A stretch of DNA of 21,172 bases from Alteromonas naphthalenivorans (GTDB lineage: Bacteria; Babelota; Babeliae; Babelales; CAIQNR01): contig JBLICC010000014.1 of assembly GCA_047631715.1 (NCBI GenBank), forward strand, positions 1 through 21,172. Reading direction: 5' to 3'. Of this stretch, positions 16,852 through 21,172 are shown one piece after another; position 1 is the first letter of the stretch, and every line of letters starts with the position of its first letter. Made by a program: the position numbers and the translations under genes. Under the pieces are notes generated by a model, which saw only the letters and a program-made list of their open reading frames with translations, did not search any database and had not been told where the DNA came from.

Positions 16852-17098
16852 GAGTCCCTCGATCCTTCGATACAATTTTTTTCACTATGTTCAAAAAATC
16901 ACTCCCAGGCTTCGCATAAAGCTTCGCCGGACACGGCAGGGTGATTCGGGGTTGTGTTTGTCGAGTCATACTGAGTGAATACGAGTTTACGAGTATTTGT
17001 ATCGAAGTATAAAAGTTATTAAGTTCATCCCGAGTGGTCCAGGACCGAATCATCCTGAGTGATTCCGTTAGGAATTGTATCGAAGGATCGAGGGACTC
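16852..17098. repeat. REP/MITE-like cassette 3 with perfect 26-bp terminal inverted repeats and nested units
   Basis: GAGTCCCTCGATCCTTCGATACAATT (16852-16877) is the exact reverse complement of 17073-17098. Internal units at 16863-16948 (+, interrupted), 16962-17009 (-), 17046-17087 (-) and 17023-17035 (-, partial). Confidence 0.93.
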
Positions 17099-17149
17099 TT
17101 AAAAAATAGTAAGATATTATGAAAATTAACGGCATCGCAATTATATTTC

Positions 17150-17193
17150 AAAAAATATCCACACGAGAGTAATTTTACTACACGTGTGGATAT
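17150..17193 (-). terminator. Intrinsic terminator of the ankyrin gene
   Basis: ATATCCACACG (17155-17165) / CGTGTGGATAT (17183-17193) stem plus inner AGTAA/TTACT, followed by a T run on the minus strand, about 10 nt after the stop. Confidence 0.7.
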
Positions 17194-17202
17194 ACGAAAT
17201 TA

Positions 17203-17610
17203 TTATGAAATTACGCATTCTGGAGCAAAGTCTGGATTAATTGGTTCAAAAAAACGTGGATACTCTTTTTTCCAGGGATAGCATATTGTTTGCTCTTCTG
17301 GAAGTAGCCGTGCCCCATGTTTATATAAAAGTTTAAGTAAACTTTTATTATTATTTCGTATGGCCGCATGAGCAAGAGAGTATCCGGTGTCTGGATGAAG
17401 AGCAAAAAGATCTTGATTGCCTTGTTCTAATAATGCTTGTACGGCAAGATTGTTTTCGTGATGAATAGCTTGTATTAAGGGTGATAGTCGAGCTCTTTGA
17501 ACAGTACAAAATGTACGTGCTACACGAGCAAATCGATGAGCTTTTTGCGCAGCATAAACAGAAGCGCTTGATAGTAATAATGTAATTTTGAGAATAATTT
17601 TCTTATACAT
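17203..17610 (-). CDS. Small secreted ankyrin-repeat protein
   Basis: Signal peptide ending SASVYA. Two ANK-like units: SPLIQAIHHENNLAVQALLEQG and TGYSLAHAAIRNNNKSLLKLLYKHGA. Confidence 0.8.
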   Translation of the reverse strand: MYKKIILKITLLLSSASVYAAQKAHRFARVARTFCTVQRARLSPLIQAIHHENNLAVQALLEQGNQDLFALHPDTGYSLAHAAIRNNNKSLLKLLYKHGARLLPEEQTICYPWKKEYPRFFEPINPDFAPECVIS

Positions 17611-17693
17611 ACAATTCCCTGATTTTTATAGGTATACTATGTTTATAATCAGGGATTATAACGTTGCTATCTAAATTAGCAACTCTTTTTTAA

Positions 17694-17825
17694 TTAATGC
17701 TTATGATTACACTTTGATGAAGTGCATGTATGAACTACTTTACCGTTTGTTTTTTTTAGAGACATACGAGAATAAAGTAATAATGCTCCGGCAAGAGCTA
17801 GGAAAATTAAAAGTTCTTTTTTCAT
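17694..17825 (-). CDS. Unannotated 43-aa membrane-anchored microprotein with His/Cys tail
   Basis: Manual translation: MKKELLIFLALAGALLLYSRMSLKKTNGKVVHTCTSSKCNHKH*. Purine-rich AGAAAGA upstream; fills the gap between topA and the ankyrin gene on the same strand. Confidence 0.65.
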   Translation of the reverse strand: MKKELLIFLALAGALLLYSRMSLKKTNGKVVHTCTSSKCNHKH

Positions 17826-17894
17826 AATATTCTTTCTATTTTTAAATACCATTGAGAATCTAGTATAAAACAAAAAAACATGAAGTAAAAGTGA

Positions 17895-20135
17895 CTACTT
17901 AGTGTATCCGCATTTTTTATCGCCACACAAAAGGGTGGTTTTGCCAGCCTTTGATACTTTTTTGATTAATGCAGGAACTTTACACTTTGGACAGGGAGTT
18001 TCTTCGATATCGCCAAAAAGAGCGAATTTACATTTTGGATAATTTTTGCAACCCCAAAAGCTACCACCACGCCATTTACGTTCTGCAACATCACCTTGAT
18101 CTTTTGGACATTTAAATCCAGCAATATTTTGATGAATATGCTTACAAGTAGGGTAACCTGAGCAGGCAATAAATGGACCAAATTTTCCAACCATTTCTCG
18201 CATGTGTTTGCCGCACTTAGGGCAATCAACATCAAGTTTTTTTGGTTCTGGTTTTGCTACCAGTTTAATTTCGTTGGTATCGATATCACGTTCAAAATTT
18301 GAGGTAAACTTACATTCGGGATAATCAGAACATCCTACAAATTCGCCGGCTTTACCAAATCGAATCAATAATTTTTGTTTTTTACATTCAGGACAATCAA
18401 TGTCGGTTAATTGAGCTTCTTTTTTTGTGTCGCTGCCTTTAAAAGCTGTAAGTTCTGGTTCGAAATTTTTCCAGAAGCCAGTTAACAGCTCATCTCGTTC
18501 TAATTCGCCTTCGCCAATTTTATCAAGATCGCCTTCCATGTTTGCTGTAAACTGCGTATCCATAATGTGAGCAAATCCACCTTTGAGAACAGTAACAACG
18601 GTCATGCCAAGTTCTGTGGGAATAAAGCGCTTTTTTTCTACAGTTGTATAATCACGAGCACGAATAGTATTCATGATAGCAGAATAAGTTGACGGTCGAC
18701 CAATGCCTTCTTTTTCCATTTCCTTAACCAAACTTGCCTCAGAAAAGCGAGGAGGCGGTTGGGTAAAGTGTTGCTTAGGATCAATATTTTTAACGTCAGC
18801 GTCATCGTTTTTACTTAGGCCATCGGGAATCTTAGTATTTTTTTCTTTTTCGTCTTCTTCATCAATGCCATACACTTTTAAGAAACCATCGAACAAGAGT
18901 GTTGATCCAGTTACTTTAAAAGTATATTTACCACCTTTAAGAACTACTTGGCGTTGCGCATATTCAGCAGAACTCATTTGAGAAGCAAGAGTGCGCTGCC
19001 AAATTAGTTCATATAAACGAGATTGGTCTTTAGTTGCATGTTTATGCACATGTGTTGCAGATACTACCATATCAACTGGACGAATAGCTTCATGGGCATC
19101 TTGAGCTGCAGTTTTTGATTTTTTTCCGTAGATCTGAGGTTTGCTCGGTAAATACTTTTCACCAAAGTTTTTAGAGATAAAGTCTCGAGCCCCGTTAATT
19201 GCAGTATCAGAAAGTCGCAACGAATCGGTACGCATATAGGTAATAAGCGCAACAGGAGTTCCGTCGCCACCAAGAGGAATACCCTCGTATAAATTTTGTG
19301 CAATTTGCATGGTTTTCTTAACGGAAAAACCAAGACGGTTATAAGCAGCCTGTTGAATAGTACTGGTCATAAACGGAGGGAGAGGATTTTTTGAACGTTT
19401 TTTATCGTTTATTTCTGTAATGCTAAAATCTGCTTTTTTAACTTCTGCAGTAACTTTATCGGCTGTTTTTTTATCTTTTATTTCTGCTTTCTTGGTGCCA
19501 ATATGAGTAAGTGGTGCAACGAGTTCCCCCTTAGCATGTTTAAAGACGCCAGTTATTGACCAGTATTCTTCTGGTTTAAAACTACGAATGGCTTCTTCTC
19601 GTTCACAGATAAATTTAAGTGCAACCGATTGCACACGGCCAGCAGATAAGCCTTTTTTAATTTTTTTCCATAATAATGGAGATACTTCGTAACCCACCCA
19701 TCTATCAAGCACACGACGCGCTTGTTGGGCAGCTACCTTGTTCATATCTATAGAATGTTGATTTTTAATACCGGCAAGAATGGCGGTTTTGGTAATTTCG
19801 TTAAAGGTAACACGATAAATAGCATTAGGATTTTTCATGACCTTTTTCATCTCTTCTGCTACATGCCAGGCAATGATTTCTCCTTCACGATCAGGATCGG
19901 GAGCAAGGTATACTTCGTCAACGCCTTGAGCAGCTTTGCAAAGTTCAGCTATTACTTTAGCTTTGTCTTTTACAGGAACATACGAAATAGCTATTGGATC
20001 GCGTGTAACACCCATCTCGCTGACCGGAAGATCTTTAACATGCCCCATGGTGGACATAATTTTGTAATCTGGTCCCAAGAACTTTTTGATTGTCTTGATT
20101 TTTGAAGGTGACTCTACAACTAATAACTTTTTCAT
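17895..20135 (-). CDS. topA: DNA topoisomerase I (type IA) with C-terminal C4 zinc ribbons
   Basis: LVVESPSK, GHVKDL, APDPDREGE, SAGRVQS, catalytic ITYMRTDS, AQDAHEAIRP, GIGRPSTY and repeated CPxC..GCxxYPxC. ATG 20135 follows GAGGA. Confidence 0.97.
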   Translation of the reverse strand: MKKLLVVESPSKIKTIKKFLGPDYKIMSTMGHVKDLPVSEMGVTRDPIAISYVPVKDKAKVIAELCKAAQGVDEVYLAPDPDREGEIIAWHVAEEMKKVMKNPNAIYRVTFNEITKTAILAGIKNQHSIDMNKVAAQQARRVLDRWVGYEVSPLLWKKIKKGLSAGRVQSVALKFICEREEAIRSFKPEEYWSITGVFKHAKGELVAPLTHIGTKKAEIKDKKTADKVTAEVKKADFSITEINDKKRSKNPLPPFMTSTIQQAAYNRLGFSVKKTMQIAQNLYEGIPLGGDGTPVALITYMRTDSLRLSDTAINGARDFISKNFGEKYLPSKPQIYGKKSKTAAQDAHEAIRPVDMVVSATHVHKHATKDQSRLYELIWQRTLASQMSSAEYAQRQVVLKGGKYTFKVTGSTLLFDGFLKVYGIDEEDEKEKNTKIPDGLSKNDDADVKNIDPKQHFTQPPPRFSEASLVKEMEKEGIGRPSTYSAIMNTIRARDYTTVEKKRFIPTELGMTVVTVLKGGFAHIMDTQFTANMEGDLDKIGEGELERDELLTGFWKNFEPELTAFKGSDTKKEAQLTDIDCPECKKQKLLIRFGKAGEFVGCSDYPECKFTSNFERDIDTNEIKLVAKPEPKKLDVDCPKCGKHMREMVGKFGPFIACSGYPTCKHIHQNIAGFKCPKDQGDVAERKWRGGSFWGCKNYPKCKFALFGDIEETPCPKCKVPALIKKVSKAGKTTLLCGDKKCGYTK

Positions 20136-20338
20136 AATCCTCAATTCCGCTTGTTTATCTGTTTAAGATGCCACTTTACCTGATAAAATCGCATTTTTCA
20201 AACAGGAGCCTATTTTTAGGTCATTTATTATTGTGCATATTAAAACTTTATAATATTAAGAATATAGAAAAAAATTACAAAGAGTCAAATTAAATATTGC
20301 ATGGGGTTTAAAAGTGCTGGTCTGTTGGGATTTTGAAT

Positions 20339-20363
20339 AAAAAAAGGGAACCCAAAGGCTCCC
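20339..20363 (-). terminator. Intrinsic terminator
   Basis: Minus strand GGGAGCC-TTTG-GGTTCCC then T7, 8 nt after the stop of 20372-20662. Confidence 0.85.
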
Positions 20364-20371
20364 ATATTTTT

Positions 20372-20662
20372 TTAATATTTAGATATTGGAAAAGGCGGGG
20401 TTGGTAATTTTATATTAGATTTATATATAGAATTATATTGTGAAGTAGCGCTGCGCAAATATTTAAAAGTGGATATAAGATTATTCTTAGTAGTCTTATT
20501 TTTCTTTGCTTTATAGGTTGCTAAAGCTGTTTTGTAGTTACTTGTACTTTTAGTCAGATCGTTTTTTGCATTAGTTGCTATTCGTGTATTACTTATAACT
20601 GCTTCTGCTTTTATACCTGATGTACTTATTAACGCGAGTGTGAGTAATAATAGTTTCTTCAT
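20372..20662 (-). CDS. Small basic secreted hypothetical protein (96 aa)
   Basis: ATG 20662 with GGAG 8 nt upstream. Signal peptide MKKLLLLTLALISTSGIKA; Lys/Thr/Asn-rich mature region. Confidence 0.75.
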   Translation of the reverse strand: MKKLLLLTLALISTSGIKAEAVISNTRIATNAKNDLTKSTSNYKTALATYKAKKNKTTKNNLISTFKYLRSATSQYNSIYKSNIKLPTPPFPISKY

Positions 20663-20685
20663 GCTCAATTCTCCATTTTTTAGTT

Positions 20686-20707
20686 AAAAGGGAACCCGAA
20701 GGCTCCC
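20686..20707 (-). terminator. Terminator-like hairpin, near-identical copy of 20339-20363
   Basis: Minus strand GGGAGCC-TTCG-GGTTCCC-TTTT with a cUUCGg tetraloop, 7 nt after the stop of the upstream ORF. Confidence 0.75.
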
Positions 20708-20714
20708 ATATTCT

Positions 20715-21172
20715 TTATTTCGCGATTATTCCAGTTGCTGCGTTGCCTCCTGATATAATTCTTCCTGGTACAGAAAGGTGTTGAGGTATTGCATCGAGTT
20801 GTTTTTGAAGTGCTTTTATATTTTCTTTGGTGAGGAAATTGTTTACAAGATTACTTAATCGTGTTCGAGCTTCTTCGGTTAAAACGCCTTGAGTTGAATA
20901 AATAACTTGTTCTGCAGAATCTCTCATCTTATTAATTATAAGTTGCAGCATTAAATCTTCGGCTGCACTTTGAGCAGATTGTTTTGGATTCTTTAAAAAG
21001 TTCATTGCGCTTGATGAAAAAGAACTTGATGGTTGTGTTGCAAATGGTTGTTTTGCAACTGTAGTGCTTTGTACTAAAGTAGTTTTCATGTTCTTAAATT
21101 TATTTGCTATTTGTGCCCAGCTAGTTGGATCTGCCTTTTCTATGAGTTTTTCTTGTTGGTGCGCAATACCAC
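20715..21172 (-). CDS. Hypothetical protein, 3' part; 5' end lies outside the window
   Basis: The frame of the 20715-21089 ORF stays open to the window edge (GIAHQQEKLIEKADPTSWAQIANKFKN precedes MKTT). Confidence 0.7.
   Translation of the reverse strand, partial: GIAHQQEKLIEKADPTSWAQIANKFKNMKTTLVQSTTVAKQPFATQPSSSFSSSAMNFLKNPKQSAQSAAEDLMLQLIINKMRDSAEQVIYSTQGVLTEEARTRLSNLVNNFLTKENIKALQKQLDAIPQHLSVPGRIISGGNAATGIIAK

Noticed and set aside
16568..17053. 161-aa minus-strand ORF
   Set aside because: It runs through repeat cassette 3 and antisense to the heparinase-like gene, with no protein-like motifs.
541..17098. CRISPR array or integron attC interpretation of the TCGATACAA repeats
   Set aside because: Units are dispersed, inverted and nested, not regularly spaced direct repeats. 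No cas or integrase gene is present, and the flanking genes are housekeeping genes.

Overview
AT-rich bacterial chromosomal window. The gene content (delta-60 repeat protein, secreted ankyrin and pentapeptide proteins, many short 'MKKLL' signal-peptide orphans, polyamine-type uptake) suggests an intracellular bacterium of protists such as Ca. Dependentiae/TM6; this is inference only. Recognisable genes, in order: partial delta-60 repeat protein, degenerate acylphosphatase, ABC-2 exporter (ATPase plus two paralogous permeases), Omp85 (BamA/TamA) protein, a His/Cys membrane protein coupled to potABCD, pentapeptide-repeat protein, metG, heparinase II/III-like protein, ankyrin protein, topA and small orphan genes. 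The strongest non-coding signal is a family of about 45-nt structured repeats (NNNN-TCGATACAA-hairpin-CACTC-N'N'N'N'-TGA) at four intergenic sites. They show compensatory base changes, fit a kink-turn/tandem G.A geometry on one strand, assemble into inverted MITE-like cassettes, and insert into each other. Also notable: a candidate leader-peptide attenuator before the ABC exporter, an unannotated 43-aa membrane microprotein with a His/Cys tail, and an ankyrin protein whose signal peptide is followed by a mitochondrial-presequence-like segment.
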